A DNA stretch of 64,000 nucleotides from an uncultured Planctomycetia bacterium. Lineage in GTDB: Bacteria; Omnitrophota; Gorgyraeia; VGKN01. This document shows positions 9,271-19,366 of the stretch, piece after piece (position 1 is the stretch's first letter; every line of letters begins with the position of its first letter). The translations under genes and the position numbers were made by a program. The DNA lies in assembly GCA_964506845.1 (NCBI GenBank), contig CAZDNS010000001.1:5618-69617 (forward strand), written 5' to 3'. The notes beneath the pieces are model-generated. The model was not told the origin of the DNA and made no database searches. It saw nothing but the letters and a program-made list of their open reading frames with translations.

Positions 9271-10473
9271 ATGAGATTATGTGATGGCGGTATTTGCGCG
9301 CCAAGGGGATTTCTGGCTTGCGGGGTATATTCGGGGATAAAGAATAAAGGGCTTGACCTTGCCTTAATCTATACAAAGTCTTGGGCAAAAACCTTTGTCC
9401 TGTTTTCCGAAAATCAGATACAGGCTGCGCCAAACCTGATTACCAGAAAGAGAATTTCAAGAAATAAATCTGCCTGCGCAGTTCTGATAAACAGCGGAAA
9501 TGCAAATTGCCTTACCGGAAAAAGGGGGTTGCTTGATGCAGAGGAAATCACTGCCTCTCTGGCTAAAGCCCTGGGGATAAACAAAGAGCTGGTAATCTGC
9601 GCCTCTACCGGAATAATCGGAAGAAGGCTTCCTGTTGAAAAAATAAAAAGGGCTATTCCTAAATTAGTTGACAGTTTAAGCGCAAATGGAAGCAATCTTG
9701 CTGCAAGGGCAATTATGACCACAGATATAGCCAGCAAGGAAATAGCCGTAATTTTTGAAATAGGCGGTATTTCGGTAAAGATAGGGGCTATTGCAAAGGG
9801 AGCAGGTATGATTTCGCCTAACTTAGCTACAATGCTCTGCTTTATCTCAACGGATGCAAATATAACGTATAATGCCCTTAAAAAGGCGCTTAAAGAAGCA
9901 GTAGGGTCTTCATTTAACAGAATAACAATTGACGGCCAGATGAGCACAAACGATATGGTTACAATAACAGCAAATGGCATAGCAGGAAATCCTGTTATAA
10001 AATCTGATACAAGGGATTTTAAAATATTCTGCTCGGCACTAAGTTTTGTCTGTGAGCGCCTTGCGAAGAGTATTGTTAAGGACGCTGAGGGCGCTACCAA
10101 GTTTATAGAGATATCTGTAAAAAATGCGCTTACAAAACAAGAAGCTTTTAATATCGCAAGGGCTATAGCAAATTCGCCGCTGGTTAAGACTGCCTTTTAC
10201 GGAGAGGATCCGAATTTCGGGAGGATACTTGCAGCAGCAGGCGCTGCTTCAAAGAGAATAAATTTAGAAAGATTAAAACTTTTTATACAGGGCGTGCCTG
10301 TGTTTAAGAACGGGGCTATCTCTAACTTTAATTTTAATAAACTCAGGCAGAAACTAAAAAAAGAAAATATAAACGTAACACTGGATCTGGAAACAGGAAA
10401 AGAAACCTTCAGGCTCTGGACCTCGGACCTGACAGAGGAATATGTGAGGATAAACTCGGCTTATTCAACCTGA
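9271..10473 (+). CDS. argJ: Ornithine acetyltransferase / N-acetylglutamate synthase
   Basis: NSGNANC, IMTTD, KGAGMISPNLATML, DAEGATK; upstream ORF extension is element A sequence. Confidence 0.95.
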   Translation: MRLCDGGICAPRGFLACGVYSGIKNKGLDLALIYTKSWAKTFVLFSENQIQAAPNLITRKRISRNKSACAVLINSGNANCLTGKRGLLDAEEITASLAKALGINKELVICASTGIIGRRLPVEKIKRAIPKLVDSLSANGSNLAARAIMTTDIASKEIAVIFEIGGISVKIGAIAKGAGMISPNLATMLCFISTDANITYNALKKALKEAVGSSFNRITIDGQMSTNDMVTITANGIAGNPVIKSDTRDFKIFCSALSFVCERLAKSIVKDAEGATKFIEISVKNALTKQEAFNIARAIANSPLVKTAFYGEDPNFGRILAAAGAASKRINLERLKLFIQGVPVFKNGAISNFNFNKLRQKLKKENINVTLDLETGKETFRLWTSDLTEEYVRINSAYST

Positions 10474-10475
10474 AA

Positions 10476-11330
10476 ATGGAAAAATTTATCAAGAAGGCGG
10501 ATGTGCTTATTGAGGCAATCCCCTATATAAAAGCATTTAGAGACAGAATATTCGTGATAAAAATCGGCGGAGAGAACATCGAGAAAAAATCCGTTTTTGA
10601 TAGTTTTCTTCTGGATGTTGCCTTCTTAAATTTTGTAGGGATAAAGGTGGTTTTAATCCATGGCGGTGGCCAATTCATAAGTAAAAGGATGAGGCTCTCT
10701 GGAATAAAGCCTAAATTTATCGGAGGTCTGCGTATCACCTGCAAGGATACAATCGTGATAGTGGAAGAGGCATTATATAAGTTAAATCAAGTTATAGTAA
10801 AAAAATTCAGAGGGTTGGGCGTAAACAGTATAGGCCTTACGCCCAGAGAAGATACTGCCGTATTTGCACGTAAGAAACCCTCCGGGCTTGACCTCGGATT
10901 TGTAGGAGAGGTAAGCCGCATAGATACAAAAAGGCTCTTTTGCTTATTAAAGAATGGCTGCGTGTTGGTGGTTTCGCCGGTAGGGCTTGGTGCAAATTCC
11001 ATGTTTTACAACATAAATGCCGACTTGGTTGCCTCCTGCATTGCCTCTGAGCTAACGGCAGAAAAACTTATTCTTATGACCAATGTGGACGGCATACTTT
11101 CGGGCACAAAAAGAAACCGGCTTCTTCCAACGGTAACAGAAAAAATGGCAAGAAGGCTGATTAAAAACAAGACGGTTGACGGAGGTATGATACCCAAGGT
11201 TGAGGCGGCTCTGAATGCCTTAAAAGCAGGGGTTAAAAAGGTCCATATAATAAACGCTCAATTAAAACATGCCCTTTTACTTGAAATCTTTACAAACAAG
11301 GGCATAGGAACCGAACTGATAAGGATATAA
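10476..11330 (+). CDS. argB: Acetylglutamate kinase
   Basis: VIKIGG, HGGG, NINAD, GGMIPKV. Confidence 0.95.
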   Translation: MEKFIKKADVLIEAIPYIKAFRDRIFVIKIGGENIEKKSVFDSFLLDVAFLNFVGIKVVLIHGGGQFISKRMRLSGIKPKFIGGLRITCKDTIVIVEEALYKLNQVIVKKFRGLGVNSIGLTPREDTAVFARKKPSGLDLGFVGEVSRIDTKRLFCLLKNGCVLVVSPVGLGANSMFYNINADLVASCIASELTAEKLILMTNVDGILSGTKRNRLLPTVTEKMARRLIKNKTVDGGMIPKVEAALNALKAGVKKVHIINAQLKHALLLEIFTNKGIGTELIRI

Positions 11331-12511
11331 TGAATACTAATGACGTAATAAAACTCTATGACGAATACGTGATGCCGACTTATCTTAAGAGCCCTCTTGT
11401 GCTTGTGAGGGGAAGGAATACGAAGGTCTGGGATATAGAAGGCAAGGAATACTTAGATTTTTTTCCAGGTTGGGCAGTTAGCGGGCTTGGGCACTGCCAT
11501 CCCTTTGTGGTGAGGGCGCTGAAGAGACAACTTTCAAAGATTATGCATGTTTCGAATAATTTTTATAATGAACTCCAGGGTGCCCTGGCAAAGGTTATAT
11601 CGGCTAACTCCTTTGACGGAAAGGTATTTTTCGCTAACAGCGGCGCCGAAGCAAACGAGGCAGCAGTAAAACTGGCAAGATTATACGGTAATCCGAAGAG
11701 ATTCGAAATTATAAGTATGGAAAACTCCTTTCACGGAAGAACGCTTGCAACGCTTACGCTTACAGGCCAGAAAAAACACAGACAAGGCTTTGACCCATTG
11801 CCTGCCGGATTTAATACAGTCCCGTTTAACGATATAAAGGCAATCGAAGAGGCGGTCAGCGATAAAACCATAGCCATAATAATAGAACCTGTCCAAGGAG
11901 AGGGCGGAATAAACATGGTTTCCAAAGAATACATAAGATTCTTGAGACGGTTTTGCACAAAAAAGGACATTTTACTGATATTTGATGAGGTTCAGACAGG
12001 AATGGGAAGGACCGGAAAGATGTTCTGCTTTCAGAATTTTGATATAGAGCCTGACCTGATGAGCCTGGCAAAAACATTAGGCGGAGGATTCCCTATCGGC
12101 GCTCTGGTTGCCAAAAGAAAATTTGCCAATGTATTCGGTCCGGGAATGCACGCCTCTACCTTTGGGGGAAACCCGCTGGCTTGCGCATCTAGCCTGGCGG
12201 TTTTTGAGGCAATCGAAGCCAATAACCTGCTCTTAAACGTAGTAAGGATGGGCGATTACTTATTTAAAAAAATAAAGGTATTAAAGGAAAAATTCTCATT
12301 CATAAAGGAGATAAGGGGAATAGGTCTTATGCTGGGAATTGAACTCTCCAGACCCGGAAAACCTATTGTTGAAGCCTGTATGAAGGAGGGCCTGCTTATC
12401 AACTGCACCCAGGAAAGGGTATTGAGGCTGCTTCCGCCCATAACTATAAATAAGAAAGAGATAGATAGCGGAATAAAAATACTTGAAAAAGGTTTTTTAA
12501 GCCAATTATGA
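11330..12511 (+). CDS. argD: Acetylornithine aminotransferase
   Basis: NSGAEANE, FHGRT, DEVQTGMGRTG, STFGGNP. Confidence 0.93.
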   Translation: MNTNDVIKLYDEYVMPTYLKSPLVLVRGRNTKVWDIEGKEYLDFFPGWAVSGLGHCHPFVVRALKRQLSKIMHVSNNFYNELQGALAKVISANSFDGKVFFANSGAEANEAAVKLARLYGNPKRFEIISMENSFHGRTLATLTLTGQKKHRQGFDPLPAGFNTVPFNDIKAIEEAVSDKTIAIIIEPVQGEGGINMVSKEYIRFLRRFCTKKDILLIFDEVQTGMGRTGKMFCFQNFDIEPDLMSLAKTLGGGFPIGALVAKRKFANVFGPGMHASTFGGNPLACASSLAVFEAIEANNLLLNVVRMGDYLFKKIKVLKEKFSFIKEIRGIGLMLGIELSRPGKPIVEACMKEGLLINCTQERVLRLLPPITINKKEIDSGIKILEKGFLSQL

Positions 12512-13434
12512 AAAAAGATTTAATCTCAATAAACGATTTGACCGCAGGAGAAATTACTGAAATTTTTGAGCTTGCCGACGAGATCAAGGGCAATGGAAAA
12601 AAATTCGAAAATCACCTTTCTAAGAAAACCCTTGGACTTATATTCCAGAAGCCTTCGAACAGGACAAGGGTTTCTTTTGAGGTAGGTATGACCCAATTAG
12701 GAGGCCATTCAGTTTATCTTGGGCCTGAGGATATAAAATTAGGGGTAAGGGAAGCGGTAAAAGACGTGGCAAGGGTCTTGTCAAAGTATCTTGACGCAAT
12801 TGTGGCAAGGACATTTTCCCATAGCGATATTGCGGAACTTGCGAAATTCTCTGCTATTCCTGTTATAAACGGTTTAAGCGACCTTATGCATCCCTGCCAG
12901 GCGCTCAGCGATATCTACACCATAAGAGAAAAAACTGCAAAAATCAGGAATATCAAACTTGCTTATATCGGAGACGGAAACAACGTGTTAAATTCACTCA
13001 TGGAGGCGGTAAGTAAGTTAGGATTATATATATCCATAGCGACCCCTAAGGGTTACGAGCCCGATAAAGAGATTTTAAAAACCTCAAAGAAAAATGCTCT
13101 AAAGAGCGGTGCAAGGATAACTTTTTCCAATAATCCAACTGAAGCAGTAAAGGATGCGGATTTTATATACACCGATGTCTGGACCAGCATGGGAAAGGAG
13201 CATGAAAGAAAGGCAAGGCTAAAGGCGTTCAAGGGTTTTCAGGTTAATTCAAGCCTAATAGCAGGGTGCAAAAAAAAATGCCTTATAATGCACTGCCTGC
13301 CTGCCCACAGGCAGGAGGAGATTACCGATGAGGTCCTGGACAGCCCTAATTCCATAGTCTTTGAGCAGGCAGAAAACAGGCTTCACGTTCAAAAGGCAGT
13401 TCTGATACTGCTTCTGGAGAGACGGAGAAAATAA
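12508..13434 (+). CDS. argF: Ornithine carbamoyltransferase
   Basis: SNRTRVSFE, HPCQAL, HCLPAH, QAENRLH. Confidence 0.95.
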   Translation: MKKDLISINDLTAGEITEIFELADEIKGNGKKFENHLSKKTLGLIFQKPSNRTRVSFEVGMTQLGGHSVYLGPEDIKLGVREAVKDVARVLSKYLDAIVARTFSHSDIAELAKFSAIPVINGLSDLMHPCQALSDIYTIREKTAKIRNIKLAYIGDGNNVLNSLMEAVSKLGLYISIATPKGYEPDKEILKTSKKNALKSGARITFSNNPTEAVKDADFIYTDVWTSMGKEHERKARLKAFKGFQVNSSLIAGCKKKCLIMHCLPAHRQEEITDEVLDSPNSIVFEQAENRLHVQKAVLILLLERRRK

Positions 13435-14351
13435 TGTTCCCGAAGATTCTCGGTAGTTTAGTTTTTCTAAACGTATTTTTTGGCCTCGGCTTATTTTCCT
13501 TTTCCCAGGAAAATACAGCAAAACAAGAGGGACAAAAGGTACTGTTTGAGGATGAAATTGCTGCGGTCGTAAACGAAGAGGTTATTACCTCTAATGCACT
13601 GGATGAGAGGATAAACCTTATAAAATCGGTTAACAAAACTCAAGCATCTAAAGACAAACCAAGCAGTATCCCTGAGAGCCTGCGAAAAAATGCCATTGAG
13701 CAATTAATCGAAGAAACTATACTTTTGCAGGAGGCAAAGAAACAGAACATAACGGTAACCGATGAAGAACTTGAGCCCACAAGGGTTCAAATTTTAATCT
13801 CGAAACTTTTAAGCCGTGAGGTTGACTCAAGGATAGAGGTTTCAGACAGCGAGATTGCTTCCTATTACGAGGCAAATAAGAATCTATTTGTTGAACCGGA
13901 GCGTGTAAAGATAGATGAGGTTTTTCTAATGGTAAGACCCGGTTCAAAATTAGACGAGTGGCAATCAGCCCAAAAAGGAATGGAGGAACTGTATCTAAAG
14001 GTAAAAGACTCAAGCGATTTTGCTATGATGGCAAAGGAACTGGATAATAGAGTATCCATAGGAAGGTCCGGTTTTCTAAAAATGGGAGAGCTTCCGCCGG
14101 AGGTGGAGGAATTTGCCTTTAGCAGTCCGACTGGTAAGCTAAGTCCGCTGGTAAAATCCCCCATAGGTTTTCATATAGTAAGAGTGGTGGATAAAAAGGA
14201 GGCAAGGCAAAAAGACCTTACGGAGGTAAAAGAGGATATCAGGGACATTATTTTTAAACTCAAGGCAAGGCAGAGATACGAAGAGTGGATTGCAAAACTA
14301 AAGGCAAGCTCAAATATCGATGTAAGAGAAGATAAAGCTGCTCTTAAATGA
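13434..14351 (+). CDS. SurA/PrsA-like peptidylprolyl isomerase chaperone
   Basis: Signal peptide, IAAVVNEEVIT, parvulin-like SPLVKSPIGFHIV. Confidence 0.8.
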   Translation: MFPKILGSLVFLNVFFGLGLFSFSQENTAKQEGQKVLFEDEIAAVVNEEVITSNALDERINLIKSVNKTQASKDKPSSIPESLRKNAIEQLIEETILLQEAKKQNITVTDEELEPTRVQILISKLLSREVDSRIEVSDSEIASYYEANKNLFVEPERVKIDEVFLMVRPGSKLDEWQSAQKGMEELYLKVKDSSDFAMMAKELDNRVSIGRSGFLKMGELPPEVEEFAFSSPTGKLSPLVKSPIGFHIVRVVDKKEARQKDLTEVKEDIRDIIFKLKARQRYEEWIAKLKASSNIDVREDKAALK

Positions 14352-16570
14352 AATGGCTTTTTTTTATTTCCATTTTTTTAGTTTTTGTTTCTTATGGACA
14401 TAAAAACTCTCTTGCGCAAAATAATGGCCAGGTATCAAAAATAGAAGTAGATGGAAACGTAAACATCGAGAAAGAGGAAGTAGTGAAAACGCTAAAAACG
14501 TATATCGGCGAAGAGATTGACCGCAAAAAACTTCAGAAAGGAATAGCTTCGCTTTATGAACTCGGATTCTTTGAAGATGTTAAAATGAGAGCGGTTGAAA
14601 CTGACGAGGGCATAGCCATCATTACTACTGTCCAGGAAAAACCCGAGCTTAAGAACCTGCGTTTCAGGGGGAATAAATTTGTTTCTCCCCGGCTTATTCA
14701 GAGGGTTCTTATGCTTCAACCTCAGGAGAGGAAGTTTGTTGACCGTAAGCTCTTGGATAACTGCACCGATAGGATACTTAGGCTTTACAGAGACTCGGGA
14801 TATTATTTTGCGCGGGCATATCCCAGGGCGGAAATAGACGAAAAGACTAATGAGGCGTCTGTTACATATATGATCGAAGAGGGTAAACGGATAAAGGTAA
14901 AACGGATAATGGTAGCGGGAAATAAGCGCTTCGCAAGCGGGGAAATTCTTAAATCGATGTCTACCAAAGCCGGCGGCTTTTTTTCTAATGATATATTTTC
15001 CGATGAAGAGCTATCGGCGGATATAAAGAAAATCAGCTCTTTATACCATTCTGACGGATACATAAAGGCAAAGGTTTCGCACAGCCTGTTCTTCGATGAA
15101 AAAAATGAGCATGTTGCGATTCTTATAGTAATTGACGAGGGTATCCGCTATAGCGTGGGTAAAATCTCTGCAAGGGGTAATACCGCTTTAGAGGGGGCAA
15201 AATTTGAAGAGTTGTTTCTGCTAAAAGAGGGGGAGGTTTTTAACCACGATAAACTACTCAAAGGTATAAACAACCTGAATTCCTTTTATTCCAGAAACGG
15301 CTTTCTACTTTCCCGCATTGAATATGCTTTAACTTACCACGATAATGAGCTTAAGGCGGATGTGGAGGTAAAGATAATTGAAAACAATCCCTATACCATA
15401 AACAGGATAATCGTAAAGGGAAACCAAAAGACAAAGGAGCGGATAATAAAGAGGTTTTTGCTTGTCAGAGAGCAGGAAATCTTTGACGGCTATAAGATAT
15501 TCCTTACCCAGAGGCGGTTACAGGAATTAGGTTATTTTAAAAAGGTATCCATTTTAACGCAACAAACCAAATTTCCCGATAAAAGAGACCTTTTAATTGA
15601 CTTGGAGGAGGGCGGCACAAATATGTTTGAGGCAGGGCTTAAATACAGCACTGCCTACGACCTGGGATTTTATGCCAGATTCGATGAAAAAAATCTATTT
15701 GGAAGGGCTCAGAGATTAACCCTTAAAAGCCAAGTCGGAGGAAAGAAAGAGAACGTAACCTTAAGTTTTATTGAGCCTTATTTATTCGAAAGGGATTTAA
15801 GGCTAAAAACCGACCTCTATGGAACCGAGTTAAATATTCCGAGAAGATACTTTAAGGAGAGAAGAGCAGGCGGAGACATTATTTTTACAAAACCGTTGTT
15901 TGGATACACATTTGGCAATCTATCCTACAGATTCGAGGAGGTAAAGGTATTTGATGTAGGGACTGAGGTAAGTGACTATATATTGCCCGGAAAGACAAAT
16001 CTTGCAAGTGTAACAGGTGCCTTGGTAAGGGATACGCGGGATAGTTATTTTTATCCCTTGAGGGGCTCACTTAATAGCGTAGACTTTGAAACCTCAGGAG
16101 ATTTCTTAGGCAGCGATTATAATTTTATTAAATCTGCAGGTGAATCAAATTATTACTTTAATTTGTTAGGCCAGACTGTATTTCTGGTTCGCCTAAGGCT
16201 AGGAATAGTCAGCGGATTCAATGAAAAAAAAGTGCCCCTCTTTGAGAGGTTCTATCTGGGTGGCGCAAACACTATCAGGGGATACGAGGAGGGTGAAATT
16301 GCGCCACGCTTTGGCGGAAAGGCAATGGGTATTGTGAATTTGGAATACAGAATACCGCTTACAAAGAATAAGACGTTTATAAACAGCCTTTTCTACGATG
16401 CGGGTAATTCCTGGGAGGCTATCAGAGACCTTGACATCGGAGACCTAAAGCAGGGATTGGGAACTGCTTTAACATATAATTCCAGATTTGGAAGAGTAGG
16501 TTTGACTTATGGATATGGCATAGATAAACACAAGGATGAAATATACGTAAATATCGGAAATAACTTTTAA
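14348..16570 (+). CDS. bamA: Outer membrane protein assembly factor BamA
   Basis: POTRA repeats (GNxx), FYLGGANTIRGY, C-terminal Phe. Confidence 0.9.
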   Translation: MKWLFFISIFLVFVSYGHKNSLAQNNGQVSKIEVDGNVNIEKEEVVKTLKTYIGEEIDRKKLQKGIASLYELGFFEDVKMRAVETDEGIAIITTVQEKPELKNLRFRGNKFVSPRLIQRVLMLQPQERKFVDRKLLDNCTDRILRLYRDSGYYFARAYPRAEIDEKTNEASVTYMIEEGKRIKVKRIMVAGNKRFASGEILKSMSTKAGGFFSNDIFSDEELSADIKKISSLYHSDGYIKAKVSHSLFFDEKNEHVAILIVIDEGIRYSVGKISARGNTALEGAKFEELFLLKEGEVFNHDKLLKGINNLNSFYSRNGFLLSRIEYALTYHDNELKADVEVKIIENNPYTINRIIVKGNQKTKERIIKRFLLVREQEIFDGYKIFLTQRRLQELGYFKKVSILTQQTKFPDKRDLLIDLEEGGTNMFEAGLKYSTAYDLGFYARFDEKNLFGRAQRLTLKSQVGGKKENVTLSFIEPYLFERDLRLKTDLYGTELNIPRRYFKERRAGGDIIFTKPLFGYTFGNLSYRFEEVKVFDVGTEVSDYILPGKTNLASVTGALVRDTRDSYFYPLRGSLNSVDFETSGDFLGSDYNFIKSAGESNYYFNLLGQTVFLVRLRLGIVSGFNEKKVPLFERFYLGGANTIRGYEEGEIAPRFGGKAMGIVNLEYRIPLTKNKTFINSLFYDAGNSWEAIRDLDIGDLKQGLGTALTYNSRFGRVGLTYGYGIDKHKDEIYVNIGNNF

Positions 16571-16574
16571 AAGA

Positions 16575-16704
16575 GGTAACCGCAAAAGCGCAGAATAACC
16601 ATCAAAACGCAAAATATCCTATAGAAGCGCAAAGAAAGACTTCCGCGTTTCAGTGTTTACTAATTTAGCGATTTAATGGTTACAAATTTTGCGTTTCAGC
16701 GGTT
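16575..16704 (+). mobile_element. Family D element, copy D1 (no nested insert)
   Basis: ggtaaccgcaaaagcgc...gcgtttcagcggtt; homologous to D2-D4; ends just before AGGAG. Confidence 0.85.
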
Positions 16705-16723
16705 GTAAAGTAGGAGTGTGTAA

Positions 16724-17344
16724 ATGAAAAAAAATCGTTTAGTACCGGTAACGGTAATATGTATATTTATGGCTACAGGTAATTTATATGCGGAAAAACT
16801 GATAATAGCCGATTTTAACAGGGCGACACACAGAAACAATCTTGGAGATGATTTTGGCGTATGGGGACCTGATCCTGCGTACTGTGTTGTAGGAATAAAA
16901 GATAGTTTTGACGGTAATACCAAGCATGGCGATGAAGGAAATTCGCTCAGGCTTGAATATGACATAGAAACTGAGGACAATTATGGGGGTTATTCGGATG
17001 TTTCGAACCCTTCGGAAGAAGCATATAATGGTTTCTGGATGAAGCTAGGAAAGGCAGATACAGAGGGTTTCAATAAGTTGGTATTTTTTGTAAAAGGTGA
17101 TGAAACAACAGATTATACCAGCAGATTCAGGGTTGAAATAAGAAACTCAAAAAATGAGTTGGGCCGTTACCTGATCACCGATATTACGGATGAGTGGAAA
17201 ATGGTTACAATACCATTTTCCGATAAGGCAGGCATTAGAGATTGGTCAAGGCTTGCAGAATTTAATATAAAATTTGATACGACAAATTGCGATACCAAGG
17301 TTGGAGCCATGTATATTGACGATATTTATCTATCAAACGAATAA
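16724..17344 (+). CDS. Secreted carbohydrate-binding-module-like protein (CBM11/CIA30-like)
   Basis: Signal peptide; SLRLEYD, LVFFVKGD, WKMVTIPF, YIDDI. Confidence 0.6.
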   Translation: MKKNRLVPVTVICIFMATGNLYAEKLIIADFNRATHRNNLGDDFGVWGPDPAYCVVGIKDSFDGNTKHGDEGNSLRLEYDIETEDNYGGYSDVSNPSEEAYNGFWMKLGKADTEGFNKLVFFVKGDETTDYTSRFRVEIRNSKNELGRYLITDITDEWKMVTIPFSDKAGIRDWSRLAEFNIKFDTTNCDTKVGAMYIDDIYLSNE

Positions 17345-17361
17345 AAGCATAGGGGGAGGAT

Positions 17362-18066
17362 ATGAAAAGGTTATTTTTAGTCCTTTTATTGGTAGCCACG
17401 CCCGTTAAATGTCTGGCAGAGGGTTCCAGCTGGGACTGGTGGAACGACTGGGTGGAAAGGTCATACTTTTATGTGTATGCGCAAAAAAAACAGATGGATT
17501 ACGAATGGCCGAATTCCTGGTACACGTACGTTCAGGGAAAATACGATTTTTCTCCGACAATCTACGGAGCGGAATGGGATCTGGCAGACAGGTATGTCGG
17601 CAAGGGCAGGCTTTCAAATCTGTACTTTAAGGTAAAGCATCAACCTGAGGTAAAATATCCGAGAGATGAGGAGAGTTACTACGAAAACTACGGCTACACA
17701 GATGCAGAGCTTAATACCGACATAAGACTGATAGGAAACTGGAACCTTGCCTTAGGTTATGGCCTGGAAAAAAGAATTTACGATTATCCTGACCCATCTG
17801 AGTTCAGGGGAAAAGAAAGGTGGGTGTATGATGCTACCTTAAATCATTGGAGATTACGGACAGCCGCAGAACTCGATGCTGCAGGGTTCACTACAAACCC
17901 GCAACCTATGCCTTTTGCGGATGAGTCAGAATGGACCAACCATACGTTCACGGTGGGCCTAAAATACTATGGCAGCGCATACGTGGATATAAAATACGGC
18001 ACAAGCTGGTGGCCGCCGATATATGGAGCAGTCAGAACAATACCTGCTGAGACAGAATTAGAATGA
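17362..18066 (+). CDS. Secreted Tyr/Trp-rich hypothetical protein
   Basis: GGAGG RBS, signal peptide; stop codon lies in element E1. Confidence 0.6.
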   Translation: MKRLFLVLLLVATPVKCLAEGSSWDWWNDWVERSYFYVYAQKKQMDYEWPNSWYTYVQGKYDFSPTIYGAEWDLADRYVGKGRLSNLYFKVKHQPEVKYPRDEESYYENYGYTDAELNTDIRLIGNWNLALGYGLEKRIYDYPDPSEFRGKERWVYDATLNHWRLRTAAELDAAGFTTNPQPMPFADESEWTNHTFTVGLKYYGSAYVDIKYGTSWWPPIYGAVRTIPAETELE

Positions 18067-18136
18067 GCAGTCGGGGATTTTTATATAAAGTCGACTGCTC
18101 ATGAGAGGTCGTGGAAAATTCCCCGACCTCTCAATT
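18062..18136 (+). mobile_element. Family E element, copy E1
   Basis: aatgagcagtcgggg...ctgctcatgagaggtcg...ccccgacctctcaatt; reverse-complement copy at 59927-60009. Confidence 0.8.
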
Positions 18137-18156
18137 AGAATAGAAAGGATTCCGGT

Positions 18157-19350
18157 ATGTCAAAAAAAATTATACTTGCCTACTCCGGAGGCTTAGATAC
18201 CTCCTGTGCTATAAGATGGCTAAAGGAACGGGGTTTTGAGGTTATCTGTTTTATTGCCGATCTTGGGCAGGGTGAAAATTTCCAGCAGATTGACAAGAGA
18301 GCCCTGGTTGCAGGCGCATCCAGGGTATATATAAAGGATATTCAGGATGAGTTTATAAATGATTTTATCCTGTCTGCCTTAAAGGCAAATGCAATCTATG
18401 AGGGTAAATATCTCCTTGCAACTGCATTGGGAAGACCCTTGATAGCTAAATACCTTGTTGAGATAGCTCATAAGGAAAGGGCAGGTGCAGTTGCTCACGG
18501 CTGCACAGGCAAGGGAAATGACCAGGTGAGGCTCGAGGTAACAGTGGGCATATTGGACCCTGACCTTGAGATAATTGCCCCTCTAAGGGAATGGAAATTT
18601 AAATCGCGGGAGGAAGAGATAGAATATGCAAAACTCCACAATATCCCCATAGATATAACAAAGAAAAAACCTTACAGTATAGACAGGAATATCTGGGGAA
18701 TAAGTATTGAGGCAGGTGTTCTCGAAGACCTTAGCAAGGAACCGCCTGAGAATGCCTATTTGATAACAAAAAACCCTGTTAATGGACCTAAAACTCCTAA
18801 ACATATCGAGATTTATTTTGAAAAGGGTGTGCCTAAAAAAATAAATGGGAAAACTTATAAGCTAAGGGATTTGATTAACTCATTGAACAAGGCAGGCGGG
18901 CTTTATGGTATTGGAAGAACAGACCTAGTTGAAAACAGGCTCGTTGGGATTAAATCAAGGGAGATTTATGAGGCGCCAGCTGCCACCATACTCTATACTG
19001 CTCATAAGGAACTGGAGAGCCTGGTCTTGGACAGGGAGGTGCTACATTTTAAGGAAATTATTTCGCTTAAATACTCTGAGCTGGTATATTATGGGTTATG
19101 GTATTCCAAATTAAAAGAGGCATTGGATAGCTTTGTCAATTCAACCCAGGAATATGTTACTGGCTCTATAAGATTAAAATTGACAAATGGAAACTGTGTT
19201 GCCGTAGGAAGAGAATCGCCTTTCTCTCTCTATAAAAAGGAAATGGCAACATACGGCAAAGAGGATAAATTTAACCAAAAACTGGCAGAGGGTTTTATTA
19301 AAATATGGGGAATGCCATATAAAATCCAAAATCCAAAAATTAAAAATTAA
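18157..19350 (+). CDS. argG: Argininosuccinate synthase
   Basis: LAYSGGLDTS, HGCTGKGNDQVR, SREIYEAP. Confidence 0.97.
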   Translation: MSKKIILAYSGGLDTSCAIRWLKERGFEVICFIADLGQGENFQQIDKRALVAGASRVYIKDIQDEFINDFILSALKANAIYEGKYLLATALGRPLIAKYLVEIAHKERAGAVAHGCTGKGNDQVRLEVTVGILDPDLEIIAPLREWKFKSREEEIEYAKLHNIPIDITKKKPYSIDRNIWGISIEAGVLEDLSKEPPENAYLITKNPVNGPKTPKHIEIYFEKGVPKKINGKTYKLRDLINSLNKAGGLYGIGRTDLVENRLVGIKSREIYEAPAATILYTAHKELESLVLDREVLHFKEIISLKYSELVYYGLWYSKLKEALDSFVNSTQEYVTGSIRLKLTNGNCVAVGRESPFSLYKKEMATYGKEDKFNQKLAEGFIKIWGMPYKIQNPKIKN

Positions 19351-19366
19351 AAACAGAGAGACAGAC

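Noticed and set aside
9414-10100. Long antisense ORFs (e.g. 228 aa in argJ, 218 aa in dapF)
   Set aside because: Shadows of well-supported genes on the opposite strand.
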